Shown in pieces: positions 10,911 to 22,690 of a stretch of 64,000 bases of DNA (position 1 is its first letter; each line of letters starts with the position of its first letter). Source of the DNA: Pelagomonas calceolata (taxonomy: Eukaryota). The notes under the pieces were generated by a model. The model did no database searches. It was given only the letters and a program-made list of their open reading frames with translations, and had not been told where the DNA came from. The position numbers were made by a program, and so were the translations under genes. Where the stretch lies: positions 1 to 64,000 of the forward strand of contig CAKKNE010000002.1 in NCBI GenBank assembly GCA_918797485.1, written 5' to 3'.

Positions 10911-11651
10911 TCAACGCACTAGCACGCCTGCGACTTGCTTCGAGACCGGCCACATGTCGTCGTCGAGGTACTCCTCGAACTCGAGGACTTCCGTGAACGG
11001 CCCTCCGGACTTCTTCGTCGCGCCGAGCAATGCGCGGTCTATGGGGCGGTGCAGGTGGCAGTTGTTTGCCACTCGCTGTTGGAGCGGGTCCAGCACCCGC
11101 TGCTGCACGTCCAGGAGCGTGCCGTCCTCCGCCGCGACGTGCTCGACGAAGCCGTAGCGCCCGTTCTTCTTGAGGACGCGCGCGACTTCCAGAATGGTCG
11201 CCTCGACGTCGTCGACCGAGCACAGGCACAGCGTCGAGACTACGGCGTCGAAGGACGCGTCGTCGAACGGCAGCTTCTCTGCTGCGCCGAGCACGAACTC
11301 GTAGCTCTCGAGTTGTGAGGACTGTCGCGCCGGCCTTGCTGGCGTTCTGGCGTCGAGCCCGACGAGCGACGTGCGTTTCGGATAGAGGTCCGCGTTCTTA
11401 TTTTCGCCGACGCCCAGTTCGAGGACTTTCAGCCCTTCTTTCGCAACAGCGGAGAAGATTGTTCGTCGCTTCGCCAACCCGTACGGGCTGGTCGGCCCGC
11501 CGCTCTGCAGCGCTTTTACGACCTTCACCACGCAAAAGGGCGTCCACGCAATCGCCGCGCCGCGCGCGATTTGACGCCGCGTGAGCTTGAAGGGCAGAGC
11601 TGCTGGCATCGATGCGAGCAGCAGCAACAGACGTTTTACGGTTGCCACCAT
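10911..11651 (-). CDS. Class I SAM methyltransferase (type 11, METTL7-like) with targeting presequence
   Basis: VLELGVG, AEKLPFDDASFDAVVSTLCLCSV, EVARVLK..G...FVEHV and CHL.R. Confidence 0.88.
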   Translation of the reverse strand: MVATVKRLLLLLASMPAALPFKLTRRQIARGAAIAWTPFCVVKVVKALQSGGPTSPYGLAKRRTIFSAVAKEGLKVLELGVGENKNADLYPKRTSLVGLDARTPARPARQSSQLESYEFVLGAAEKLPFDDASFDAVVSTLCLCSVDDVEATILEVARVLKKNGRYGFVEHVAAEDGTLLDVQQRVLDPLQQRVANNCHLHRPIDRALLGATKKSGGPFTEVLEFEEYLDDDMWPVSKQVAGVLVR

Positions 11652-11962
11652 CGTGCAGCACGGCAGCACTGCGTCAGGCTCAAGTGCTCAGTTGTGCAGC
11701 AGCGATGCCAAAGCGGTCGCAGCGGTCGTCTGCTGCCGTAGGTGTATAAATGCTGGCGCAAGGCGGGTCTGCAAGCCGCTGCACTTGCATCGAGGCTGAA
11801 GACAACCGCACTCGCGAAAACCCGCTCCATAGATCGACGAGCGACCCGAGATCGATTTTGCAATGCACATCAGAATTGACTATAGCTATCTCGCATCAGA
11901 TTAACTAGGAAACTTATTAAACTAAACAAACAAGACGTCTCTGGATCAACTTGAAAACGCAG

Positions 11963-13658
11963 TCAGGAATGATCCGGCTTCCACAACCGCCAATGCCTCG
12001 CAAGGCGGACTTTATCGGTACCGCGCGCAAGTCCGTGCGCGTCCCGCCAGGCGTTCGAAACACCTTTCGTCGCCGCAGTCACACTTTTCAGCGCCCCGCC
12101 GCCTTTCGGCACGGTCACATTCTTCAGCGCCCCGGCGCCTTTCGGCACGACGGTCACATTCTTCAGCGTTCCGCCGCCCTTGGATTCCTGGCATGTGACA
12201 AGCGCGTAGAGCTTGAACCGAGCGGCCGTGGTTTGTGGCGGGAGACGGACGAAAAATGAGACGTTGTGGACGCCGGCGGCGAAGCCTCGGATATGGTACT
12301 GGTTTGGCAGGCGCTTCCGTGACTGGCTGTTAATGTTCATGTGCGTGCCAAAGGCGAACGTCGTCGTGGCGCGCTGCGTGGACCGGTCCTCCCAGTGCGC
12401 GGAGAGCGCGTTCTCGTGTAGCTGAGCCCCGTCGACGGAGAGGGCAACCGTCCCGTGCCAGTCGTAGGACTTGAGGTATTCGACGGCAAGTACGCCCGCC
12501 CTTGAAAAGTTAAGCGAGAATTCCAGTTTTGAATCAGCCACCGATATGTTAGGGGTCGCGATTCCGAGCCAGCCGAACTTGTCTTCTCGTCCGCCGGCAT
12601 CGTCGGCCGTATAGCGCCTGGGCGGAACAACCAGTGACGGGAAGGAAGCGTCACGAGACACGGCGCACGCGCCACGCGCTTCCGACCGTCGATGCGACCG
12701 TCCCGAGCGACGGCTCGCCGGGCGGCAGCGACGCGTAGTAGTCGAGGGGAGCGGCGCACGTCACGAAGAACGCCCTCGCCGCGACCGACGCGAGCGGCGG
12801 CGGCAAGGGGGCGTTTGCGCGCGTCGTGCGGGAGCAGTCCGTAGGGCGCGCCGCGAGGAACCACCAGACCAAATCTCCGAGGGCGTGATGCACGGTTGGT
12901 GGCGGGTGAGCAACATTTGGTTTCCACGAGCAATTGTGGTGGAGAGGGGCGCCTGCCGCCGCCCTGTGATACGCGAGCACGTCGAGGTCGTAGTGCTCTG
13001 CCGCTGCGGCGTGCGCTTTGACGGGCCCAGAGCCTTCGATAACTACGACAACAGGAGGCGGGTCCCGGGAGAGGAGCTCGCGCAGGAGGACGTCCGCCGC
13101 CGCGACCCGCAAATCCTTGAACCGACCCTGGCGATAGACGGCCTTGTGCGCGTCGGCATCATTTACTCCGTAATCCCAGAGAACGACGCTCACGTTCGGC
13201 ACGGTCATATCCAGGCGCGGCGGGAGCGTCGCGGTGACGCAGCCGGTGCACGTCCCCGAGACGGCGAGGTTGTGGACGCGGACTCGTGCGTCGCTCTCAG
13301 CGTCGCTGGCCGCCCGCGCCGCGAGTCGCGCTGGCCACGGACACTCGGCCGCGCTGCCGCAGCCCGTGCCTTTGGTCATGGACCCTCCGAGCGTCGCAAC
13401 TTCGAGCGGTGGGCCGCCGGCGGCGGCCGCACATCGCAGCTCCTCGAGGCGGCCGGACCTCGAGCGTCGCTTCCACGCGAGCGCGCCGCCGGTCCGGTTG
13501 AGGTACTGGACGAAGGTCTCATTGTTGTTGGCCGCGGGGATAGTGCGGTGCGCATTGTCGGCAGCGGGGATAGCCGCCCTATTGCGACTCGTACGGTAAG
13601 GGCGGAGCGCAGCTTCAGCTGCTGCTGCTGCGCACCACACCCATGCCCACAGGCGCAT
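11963..13658 (-). CDS. Secreted SGNH/GDSL-hydrolase-like protein; GC-AG intron 12618-12672
   Basis: Signal peptide; LGGSMT.G, NLAVSGT, DYGVND and HP....H. Splicing gives AWRY..D...DKFGW. Short C-terminal KG.G.LK.VT repeats. Confidence 0.7.
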
Positions 13659-13983
13659 ATCACTCCGAGCTACGGGCTAGACCAGAAAGGGCTGCGCTTT
13701 CATGCTTCCGGGGCAGCCATCGTTTGATGCCTTCTGCTGCACCACGGCGTCCGGTTGGCCAATCATGGAGCTGATCACAAAAAAACAATATAAACGGGTT
13801 TTTTAAGCCCCGTTCGCGAGCCCCTCAGCCTGCCCTGAGAGAGGGCCTCGGCCGTATCCAGTACTCTTCGAAGAAAACCCGTGTTCTACCCTTCGCAGAG
13901 AGCTCGAGCAGCCCAAAGAGATTAGAACCTCTCGCAAGGCTGCCCATCACACTTTTCCAGGACCGCTGGCCGGGCGCGCCGTC

Positions 13984-14337
13984 ATGTTGCGCTTCGCCTG
14001 GCTGCTGGCGGGCGCCTCGGCGGTCACCCAGACGTTCTACGTGTGCAACGACGCCGGCGACCTCGACTTTCGGGGCAGCTACGACCTCGACGAGGACACG
14101 CACGCCAACAAGCCCACGTGGACGAACGCGCAGGGCAAGACCATTTTCGCGCACGGTCCCTTTTGGTACATCGGCGACCTCTCGCCGCACCCCGTCGAGA
14201 CGGGCTACCGCGGCGTCGTCGACTGCCCGCGCAACGCGGACGAGCCGGGCACGGACTGCGTCTACACCGCCTCGAAGAACGGCCGGGAGCCGGTGCCCGT
14301 GCTCTCGACGGCGCCGTGCGGCGGCGGCGAGCTCTAG
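13984..14337 (+). CDS. Small secreted or ER protein, Cys-containing, ending GGEL
   Basis: Signal peptide, 117 aa, WYIGD motif, xEL C-terminus. Confidence 0.7.
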   Translation: MLRFAWLLAGASAVTQTFYVCNDAGDLDFRGSYDLDEDTHANKPTWTNAQGKTIFAHGPFWYIGDLSPHPVETGYRGVVDCPRNADEPGTDCVYTASKNGREPVPVLSTAPCGGGEL

Positions 14338-14406
14338 ACTCCGTGCGGCGGCGGCGCGGGCGAGCTCTAGACTCCGTGCGGCGGCGGCGCGGGCGAGCTC
14401 TAGACT
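14314..14406 (+). repeat. Three tandem copies (27, 33 and 33 bp) of the last codons and stop of the upstream gene
   Basis: CCGTGCGGCGGCGGC...GAGCTCTAGACT at 14314, 14341 and 14374. Confidence 0.9.
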
Positions 14407-14470
14407 CCAGTGGTGGGGTATGTATTAAGATTATTCTCTCGCGGTGCTGCTAACCGGGCGGAAGGCCCCC

Positions 14471-15941
14471 TCACATCCTCTCCCGGATCTTCGCTTTCCG
14501 CTCCGGCGACGCCTTCGCGAACGTGTCGATGATCGACCCGTTCAGCGAGCGCTCGGCCGCCGTCATGACGACCTTCTCGGCCTCGCGCCGTTGCGCGACC
14601 GCGCGGCTCTGCTCCTGGAGGATGCCGACGAAGCGCCGCTGCCTGGCGAGCTTGTCGCGCGCGGCCGCCGCGGTCTCCTCGCGGAGCCGCTGCTGCGCGG
14701 CCTGGACGCGCTCGAAGTCGCGGCGGCGCTCGGCCGCGGCGGCGGCGCGGTCGCGCGCCTTTCGTGCCAGCTGCGAGTCGTTTTCGGCCTTGATCTTGGC
14801 ATTCGTGTCCGCTATCTTCGCGAGGTCCGAGCGGTGGCGATCCTCGATCGCCTGGGCCTGCTTCTCGAGGTAGCGCCGAATCATGGCGTCCTCGGCGGCC
14901 GCCGCGTCGGCCTGCTCCTTGCCGGCGCCTTGCGCGAAGTTCGACTGGAACCTGTGCGTAGACACCAACTCGTCGACGGTTGACGCGACGGCGTCGCCGC
15001 GAGGCCGTAAAACGATCGAAGGGCAGCGAAGCGTTCGATGTCCGCGCGGAGCATCACCGCGCGATCCGGGCGTCCCGCTGCGCCTTGACCATCGCGCGCC
15101 GCCGCTCCGTCTCGTCCTGCGCCTCGCGCGCCTCGCGGTCGATGCGGGCGTTCTCGCGCCACTCGGCGAGCTTCTGCTCCTCCTTGTGCTTGCGCGCGAC
15201 GATGATCTCCCGCGCGAGCCGCTCCTGCTCGGCCTGGAAGCTCTTCTTGAGCCGCGCGTTCTTCCGCTCCTCCGCGAGGAGCGACGCCTTCGCGGCGTCG
15301 ACCTCGACCCGCTCGGCGGCCTCCTCGGCGGCGCGCTGCCGCGCGCGCTGGGCCGCGTACGCCTTAGCCTGCTCGTCGAACATCTTGCGGTCGCGCTCCT
15401 TCTTCTCGCGCGCGGCGACCTTCTCGGCGCGCACGGCGGCCGCCACCCGCCGCGCGTCGGCCTGCGCCTCGCGCTTCACGGCCTCGCGGCGCTGGCGCTC
15501 AATCTCGCGGGCCCGCTCGTTCTCCTTGAGCTGCGCGTTGATGATGCGCGCCGCTTCCGCGTCCTTGCGCTTGTTTTCCGCCTTGCGCCGGTCGTCCTCC
15601 TCGGCGTCGGCGACGGCCTTGCAGGCCGTCAGGAGGCGCCAGTCCAGGGGCACGTCGTCGCTCGACGGCGGCCGCGAGCCGCGGGGCGCGGGCGCGGGCG
15701 CGGGCGCGGGCCGCCGCGGCCGCCGCGTGGACATGGCGGCGGCGCGCTGCGCCGCGGCGATCTCTCGTGCGACCTTTTCGGGCTCGAGCGACTTTCGGCG
15801 GAGCGCCTCGAGGCGGGCGCGCTTCTCCGGGCTGCCCTTCCACATCGGGGGGCTCGCCACGACCGCGCCGGGCCGAAGCTCCGGCAAGGGCTTCTTGCCG
15901 GCCTCGGGATCGCCGTTCTTGGGCCGCGCGAAGGACCCCAT
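14471..15941 (-). CDS. Coiled-coil protein (trichoplein/ciliary-like); intron 14952-15057
   Basis: E/R/K/A-rich heptads. A GT-AG intron joins the two ORFs in frame. Confidence 0.65.
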
Positions 15942-16501
15942 GAGTGTGCGACTGCTCAGCCTCCCTCGAGAAGTAGCACTATCTCCGAAGTGCAGCCAGT
16001 CTCCCCTCTGGAGCACTCTCTCCGAAGTGCAGAATTGCCCGGCCCTCTCTGGCGGACGATGAGACCACCACGACGCGACGGGGCGCTCAAGATGGGCAGC
16101 GTCCTCTGCCGCTCCCACGGAGAGCGTCTCGACCAGCGCTACCTTTTTGGATGATACAAGTGTGGTACCTACCGGGCACGAGGCTATTACATTGGGCTTG
16201 TCGAAAGCCGTGGTACGCCCTTTTGGACAGGTGGGCAGCGTGTGCTTCGAGTGCGGGTTTTGCGAGCTCTTTGCGAAAAAAAGCTTTGGCAGCACGCTCA
16301 TGCACAAGCAGCGTTCTGCAGAGTCGCACGACTGCTAAAGATCACCGACCGACAAGCCGTAACTGCAATAATCCGAAAGCAGTGCGCCTGCAGATCACCA
16401 AAAAGCACTTTTTGCCCAAAATAGAAGTCGCACAGCGCTCAGGATAGACGTCGGCAGCCGTGCTCGCGCGTGCTCGCTTCAACAGCTTCCGGAACGTAAC
16501 G

Positions 16502-17455
16502 ATGCCCACTGAGCAGGAGCTGGACCAGATCTTCCTCGCCGCGGCCGAGCGGGCCGGCGGCATCCAGCCCCTGCTGACGTCGTTCTTCGGCTTCCTGCAC
16601 CGGCGCACGGACTTTTACATCGAGCACGGCGGCGTCAAGGGCCGGGCGTACGACGCGGGCTTCGCGCCCGGGCAGGCGGAGGCCATGGTCCGCGCGGCGT
16701 TCATGGCGCACCCGACGCGGCCGCTCGAGGGCAGCAACGTGGAGCGGTCCGCGGCGGCGCACCGCGCCGGCTGCGAGGCGACGCTCGTCGAGCGCGCGCG
16801 CGACAGGAAGGCGCGCGCGCCGGCGCCGGCGCCGGCGCCGGCCGCGCGCGGCGCCGACGGCCGCTACGACGGCGTGCGCTACACCGACGACGGCGTCCAG
16901 ATACCCGTCGGGAACGGCGGCATCGCCGCGACCCACTCCTGGACGCAGACGCTCTACGAGACGACGGTCACGATCGACGTCCCGGCCGCCACGAAGGCGA
17001 AAGACGTGGCGTGCAAGATCTCCGCGCGGGGGCTGACGCTGGACATCGCCGGCGGCGCGGTGTCCCTCGCGGGCAACTGGTACGACGTCATCGACGCGGG
17101 CGCGTCGTGCTGGACGCTCGACAGGCCCGGGCGCGACCGCGCGTGCCTCGTGCTGACGCTCGAGAAGACGCAGGAAACCTGGTGGCGGTCCGTCTTCAAG
17201 GACGCGCCCAAAGCCGACCAGATCGACGCCCAGAAGGTCGACTCGACGAAGCGCATGGACGAGTACGACGAGAAGACCCAGGCCGGCATCCGCAAGTGCA
17301 TGTTCGACCAGCGCCAGCGGCGGCGCGGGCTCCCGACGTCCGAGGAGAGCCAGGTCGACAGCATACTCGAGAGCGCGAAGAACCTGCCCAACTCACCTTT
17401 CCGCACGGACGGCCCGCCGCCGGACCTGTACCCGCCGGCGCCGCCGACGCCCTGA
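16502..17455 (+). CDS. NUDC: NudC-family co-chaperone (CS domain)
   Basis: LLTSFFGFLHRRTDFY, GNGG....SWTQTL.E, LEK...WW..V and IRK.MFDQRQ...GLPTSEE. Confidence 0.9.
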   Translation: MPTEQELDQIFLAAAERAGGIQPLLTSFFGFLHRRTDFYIEHGGVKGRAYDAGFAPGQAEAMVRAAFMAHPTRPLEGSNVERSAAAHRAGCEATLVERARDRKARAPAPAPAPAARGADGRYDGVRYTDDGVQIPVGNGGIAATHSWTQTLYETTVTIDVPAATKAKDVACKISARGLTLDIAGGAVSLAGNWYDVIDAGASCWTLDRPGRDRACLVLTLEKTQETWWRSVFKDAPKADQIDAQKVDSTKRMDEYDEKTQAGIRKCMFDQRQRRRGLPTSEESQVDSILESAKNLPNSPFRTDGPPPDLYPPAPPTP

Positions 17456-17633
17456 ATCCGGTTTTTGTAATTTTTCTAGAGGTCCAACCAAGCAGGTTGA
17501 TTCAACAGAGATTGCATCAGGACGTGAAGCGCCGGCTCGTGTTTTCCTAGAGGCCAGTTTAGCCGCGGCCCACCGGAAGTCCGACTCGGAGGGCCGAACT
17601 CGGGAAAGCAGGTCAAGTAAAACAAGCATTACA

Positions 17634-19878
17634 TCAGGACTTCCGCCGAAAGAACCGCCTCGCGCGCGCGAGGAAGCCCGGCTTCTCGGGCGCCGCGGGC
17701 CCCTCGGCGGGCGGCCGCGCGGACCGCAGGGAGACCGTGGAGCCCTGCGTGACCGCGGTGCCGTGCGTCGCGAGCGAGCCGAAGGTTTCGACGGTGAGCT
17801 CGGACGCGACGGACGCGTCGTCGGCCGCCGCGGGCGCGGGCGCGGCGGCCGCCGCGACGGCGCTCGCCTTCTTGGCCCGGCGGCCGCGGCGGCCCCTGCG
17901 GTCGGGCGACCGCGGCTCGTCGACGATGAAAGCGCCCGCCGACGCCGACGTCGCAACCGTCGGCTCCGTCACGACCGAGGCCGAGGCGAAGGTGCCGACG
18001 TCGAAGTCGACGGACGCGACGGACGCGTGCGACACGGCGTCGTCCTCGGTTTTCTTCGGCCGGAGCTTCCGCGCGAGCGCCGCCGCGCCGCGGCAGATAG
18101 CGGCCGGGTCGACGCAGTAGCAGCAGCAGTAGTAGCCTGGGTGGACACCGAAGCTGAGCCCGAGCAAAAACGGGAAGTTCGGCGCCGGGGCGCGCAGTAC
18201 CGCTTGCGCCAGGGCCGGAAGTCGGTCCGCGGCCGGCCGTTCCAGAACGCGTACGGGTCCGGCAGGACCACCGTGCCGACGAGGAAGTAGATCGGCAGCG
18301 GCCACGGGAGCGCCGGCTCGAGCCCGAGCTCGCCGACGAGCTGCTTGAGCGACGGGTTCGTGAACGTGCGGTCGCGCACCACGGACGACTCGTGGTGCAG
18401 CTCGATCTCGTAGAGGCTGAGCCAGAGGCAGAGCGCGCGCGAGAGCTGCAGCGCCGGCTCGTGGAGCTTCACGACGCCGTAGGCCGTCGAGAGCCGCATG
18501 CCGCGCTTCTGCATGAGCAGCGCGACCGTCGCCGCGACGGCGAGGCGGCAGCCCGTCGGGCAGCAGATGAGCACGCGGCCGCCGAGGTCCAGGGCCTCGG
18601 ACGCGAACGCCAGGCCCATGCCGAACTCGCGGCGGATGTCGTCCTGGCGCGCCGTCTCCTTGTCCGAGACGTAGAGGCGGCAGTAGATGAAGTCCTGGGG
18701 GTGCTGGTTCGAAAGGACCGGGCCGACCTGCGCGCGTCGTGCGTACATCGCGGAAGAGACGACGGATGATTCGGGCGCGGGGCGCGCGCCTTGAGGATGT
18801 GCGTGATGCCGAGCTCGACGAGCCGCTCCCGGCGCGGCTCGATGCGCTCCTTGGCCATGAGGAGCTCGTGCTCGATCCAGAAGACGTCCTGCTCCGGGTG
18901 CACCATGCCGAAGCCCTGGGAGCGCAGCAGCATCATGCCGAGCACCGAGCTGGCGTCGCGCGCGCGCCGCGACGGCTTCATGCTCTTGCCCAGCCGGTTG
19001 CGGGCCTTGCGCATCGCGCCGGCGCCGCAGCGCTTGGCGACGAGCGCGACCTCGGCGTCGCGGAACTGCTTCCGGTCGGGCCGCGGGTCCTCGGCCTCCT
19101 TCTCCGCGCGCTTGACGCGCTCCGTGATCTTGAAGCGCTCGCGCTCCAGCGCGCGCTCCGTGCGCACGTCCTGCTCCTTGCACCACTCGGCGAGCGTGAG
19201 CCCCTCGCAGCGCGCGAGGTACTTGGCGAAGTCGACGGGCGTGAGCGTCGTCGGCCCGGGCCGCTGGAGGTCGAGCGTGATCTTCGACGTGCCCGTGAGC
19301 TTTTTGGTCTGCTTGTTGTCCGCGACCGACATGCGCAGCTGGCGCATGTTCTCGGCCTCGGTCTCGAGCATCTGCTGCGAGTAGCGGTACGGGTCCCAGC
19401 CCGGCATCTGGCCGCGGCAGCACCGGTGGTCGAGCTCGTCGACCTCGAAGGGGTGCACGCGGATGTCGCGCATGCCCGCCTTGCGCCGCCGCCGCGCCTT
19501 TTCGCGCCGCCGCTCGTCGTCGTCCTCGCCCTCCTCCAGGTCCTCCTCGATGGGCCGCGCGGCGGACTCCTGCACGCTCGCGGAATGGTTCGCCAGGTCC
19601 TCGTGGTAGCGCTCGAGGCCCAGGTCCGCGCGCAGGCCGTCGGTCACGCAGCCGTACTCGTAGTACGACCGGTCCTGCATCTGCTGCCGCTCGAGCGAGG
19701 TCTCGTCGGCGCGCGGGTCGACGGCCTCGCGCCGCTGGTGCTTGCGCTTGACCTGGAGCACCGCGTTCGAGGCGCGCGTCTCCTGGCGCAGCCGGTTGTA
19801 GCGCATCATCGCCTGCATGCGCTGCTTCATGGCGTCGCTCCCGGGCTCCATGCGGAAGTTGGCCTGCTGGGCGGCCAT
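17634..19878 (-). CDS. Dual-specificity-phosphatase-like protein, 3 exons (intron 18728-18789; a second intron near 18139-18200)
   Basis: LVELGITHILKV, GGRVLICCPTGCRLA..VALLM...GM.L..AY..VK; Cys string YYCCCYC. The second donor site is ambiguous. Confidence 0.65.
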
Positions 19879-20402
19879 CCTTTTGTTTCAGCCTGGCGTT
19901 GTCCACCCTGCCCTGTATGCTTTGAGTGGTGCTCCCCAGCCGAGTGGCCTAACTGACGAGCAGCGCTAAACAGCCGTCGTCCTCTCGTGTTTTTCCCCAC
20001 GGCTACGACTCGCGTCTGGGTCTGGTGTCCGCCGGGGCAGCCGCCGATGCCAAAGTCTGCTCGTCGAGCAGTTGGGTATCAGTACTTTAACCCGGTGTCA
20101 AGCTGGACCGCCAGCAGTCAATTGTGATACGCATGCGTGCGGTTGAGGTGTGATTGGTACTTGTGGTTAAAACGACTAATTAGGGTCTCATCGCGTCGCC
20201 GCCGGCCTACCCAACTTTTCGATAGACCAGTGGTGGTGCCGTCGCATCAACATTGCAGGCGTGGTCACTCCTACGCATAAGTACACGCCGTTGGTTGCTC
20301 GCGCGTCGCCGCCGCTGCGCCACGCACCTCTGTCCGGCAAGCCGACCCAAAGGCTAAGCGCCACGCGTCCGCGGTCGGAGCCGCCGTCGACCCCGGGCGA
20401 CC

Positions 20403-21103
20403 ATGTGGCTCTTCGACTGGGTCTTTAACGTCCTGGCGAACCTGGGCCTGTACCACAAGTCCGCCAAGATCCTCTTCCTGGGCCTGGACAACGCGGGCAA
20501 GACGACGCTGCTGCACATGCTCAAGGAGAACCGCGTGCAGATCCACCAGCCGACGCTGCACCCGAACCAGGACGAGCTGATCATCGGCAACATCCGGTTC
20601 AAGACCTTCGACCTCGGCGGCCACGAGACGGCGCGGCGGCTCTGGAAGGACTACTTCACGACCGTCGACGGCGTCGTGTACATGGTGGACGCGCTCGACA
20701 AGGAGCGCTTCTCCGAGGCGAAGCGGGAGCTCGACTACCTGCTGACCTGCGACGAGCTCGCGTCGGTGCCGTGCCTCGCCGCGCAGAAAACGTCGCGACG
20801 CCTTCGCGCTGAATCGTCGCGACGACTGCTCGACGGCGCGGCGGGGCCGCGTCGTGCACCCGACGCACGGGTTGGTTTCCGCGCAGGTTCCTCGTGCTGG
20901 GCAACAAGATCGACGCGCACTCCGCCGCGAGCGAGGACGACCTGCGCTACGCCCTGGGCCTCTTCGAGACCTACGGCAAGGACACGGGCCGCCGGCCCGA
21001 GGAGGGCGACAACAAAATCAGGCCCATCGAGCTCTTCATGTGCTCGGTCATCCGCAAGATGGGCTACGCGGACGGCTTCCGGTGGCTCGCGCAGTTCTTC
21101 TAG
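20403..21103 (+). CDS. SAR1: SAR1 GTPase, 194 aa; intron 20771-20886
   Basis: [38 protein letters not shown] and RPIELFMCS...GY.DGFRWL. Confidence 0.97.
20771..20886 (+). mobile_element. Introner-type intron
   Basis: TSD GTGCCTCG vs GTTCCTCG (7/8); TIR CCGCGCAGAAAAC / GGTTTCCGCGCAG (10/13). Confidence 0.8.
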
Positions 21104-21534
21104 GCCGCTCTCTAGAGGGGGGACACGCTTCTTATATAACATAGGTTCGAAGAGTGGCATTTCCCCGCCGTTGGCGTGTTGTTGGGTGCGCTATGCTAGA
21201 GGTAGTACTAGTAGACGTTTGTCTAGGTGAGACGCGCGAACTGGTGCAGATACCGATACTGATATCGGTATGCCATACCGTGTGGGTGCCGATGGACTCA
21301 GGGCGCGTGGATCGGGCCGAGTCGAGACGATCGAGACATCTACGGCGTCCGTCTCGGCGTCGAACGCGTCGAACTCGTGCTGCCCCTATGGTCATGCAGA
21401 TGTCGTTAGCCGATGCAGGGACGATGTATCACTACAGTCAGAAATCTTAGATGCAGGCACACTATGTGTTGCAAGCGATGGTGGATGGAATTTGGGAAAG
21501 GGACAAAAAGTGAGGGGGGCGGCGGTCGTCGTCA

Positions 21535-22161
21535 TCAGTTCCACCGGTAATTCTCGAGGCTCGACGGGGGCGCGTCGCCGTCCTCGAAGGAGAAGTGGCC
21601 CCAGTCGTCCTCGTCCTCGGAGTCCACCGAAACTTGCATCGCAATGCCGGCCTCGCGACGGCTGGGGATCGGCATCGGCGCGGCGGCCGCCGCGAGGAGC
21701 AGCGAGGGCTCGGTCGGCGCCGCATCGTCTTCGATCGAGACCTGGCGGACGCGCGGACCGGGGGAGGCGGGCGCCGCCGGCCGCTTCTTGAGCCGGAGCT
21801 TCGGGAGCTTGCGAGGCTTGAGGCCTGCGTGTACGAGTCGACCACTCGTGAGTAGGGTGCTCTCGGCGACGTTAACGCGGCACGGCTAGGTCGACTCCTG
21901 GTCGAGTCCGAGCTGTGAAGGCGCCGCGAAATTTGCGCACTGCTTGATGCCCCAGCGGCGCGGCGCCATGATGGGCGAGGCCGGCGTCGCTTGCGGCGTC
22001 ACGGGTGTCACTTGAGGCGCCGCGGCCGGCACGAAACGCATCTGGCGGGGCGCGGTCGGCGTGGCCCCCGAGCGGGGCGTGACGGGCATCGCCGCCGGCC
22101 GCCGCGAGACGATTGGCGAGGCCGGGGTCGGGTGGCGCCGACGGACGGAGTCGACGTCCAT
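21535..22161 (-). CDS. Hypothetical Pro/Ser-rich protein, about 166 aa; GC-AG intron 21825-21950
   Basis: Removing the TSD-flanked intron skips an in-frame TAG and extends the frame to ...DWGHFSFED...YRWN*. Confidence 0.6.
21825..21950 (-). mobile_element. Introner-type intron with GC donor
   Basis: TSD GCATCAAG vs GCCTCAAG (7/8). The 5' arm CAGTGCGCAAATTTCGCGG is shared with the intron at 38338. Confidence 0.75.
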
Positions 22162-22690
22162 GATGGGCCTTTTGTCGCGTGCGAGTAACCGGATATCTCT
22201 GCCTTTGCCTAACTTGGGTTAGTGAGGGTCGCGCTCTCGCGTCTTGAACTGCGCGTCCGTGAAGGCAGGTTTCACAGTATTCTAATCGACAGCGACCGTC
22301 AAACAGCGTTCGCCTGTGAGACCACAGGTTGCCTTGATTAATAAAAGCTCTGAAGCACTCGAAGTGCCAATGGTGCCAAGGGCCCCGGCCCGGCAGAATC
22401 AGGAAGCTTAGAGCCCCTGTGTGATTCCTCTTGCGGTGGCTTTGACGCCTGGCAGAGCCCCAACTCCCGCGCGCGGCGTCGAACGGCGCGCCGTGAGCGT
22501 CGAGAATAGAAAACCACCCTCGCAGAAGAAATCTTCATCTGAGGAGGAGTAAAAATGAAGTTTCAAACACCCCCGAAGGCAACATAACAATTGCAAAAAC
22601 TTGCGGGTTTTGCCTCAGCTGCTGAGACCGGCATTTCATAGCCTTGGGCAAGCCCACCGTGTGCAGTTGGTAGCTGACGTGCAGTTTAAA

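Noticed and set aside
21215..21245. GTTTGTCTAG resembling the U7 Sm site AAUUUGUCUAG
   Set aside because: No upstream complement to ACGAAG and no downstream hairpin; it lies in CTAG/TA-rich intergenic sequence, so a chance match is likely.
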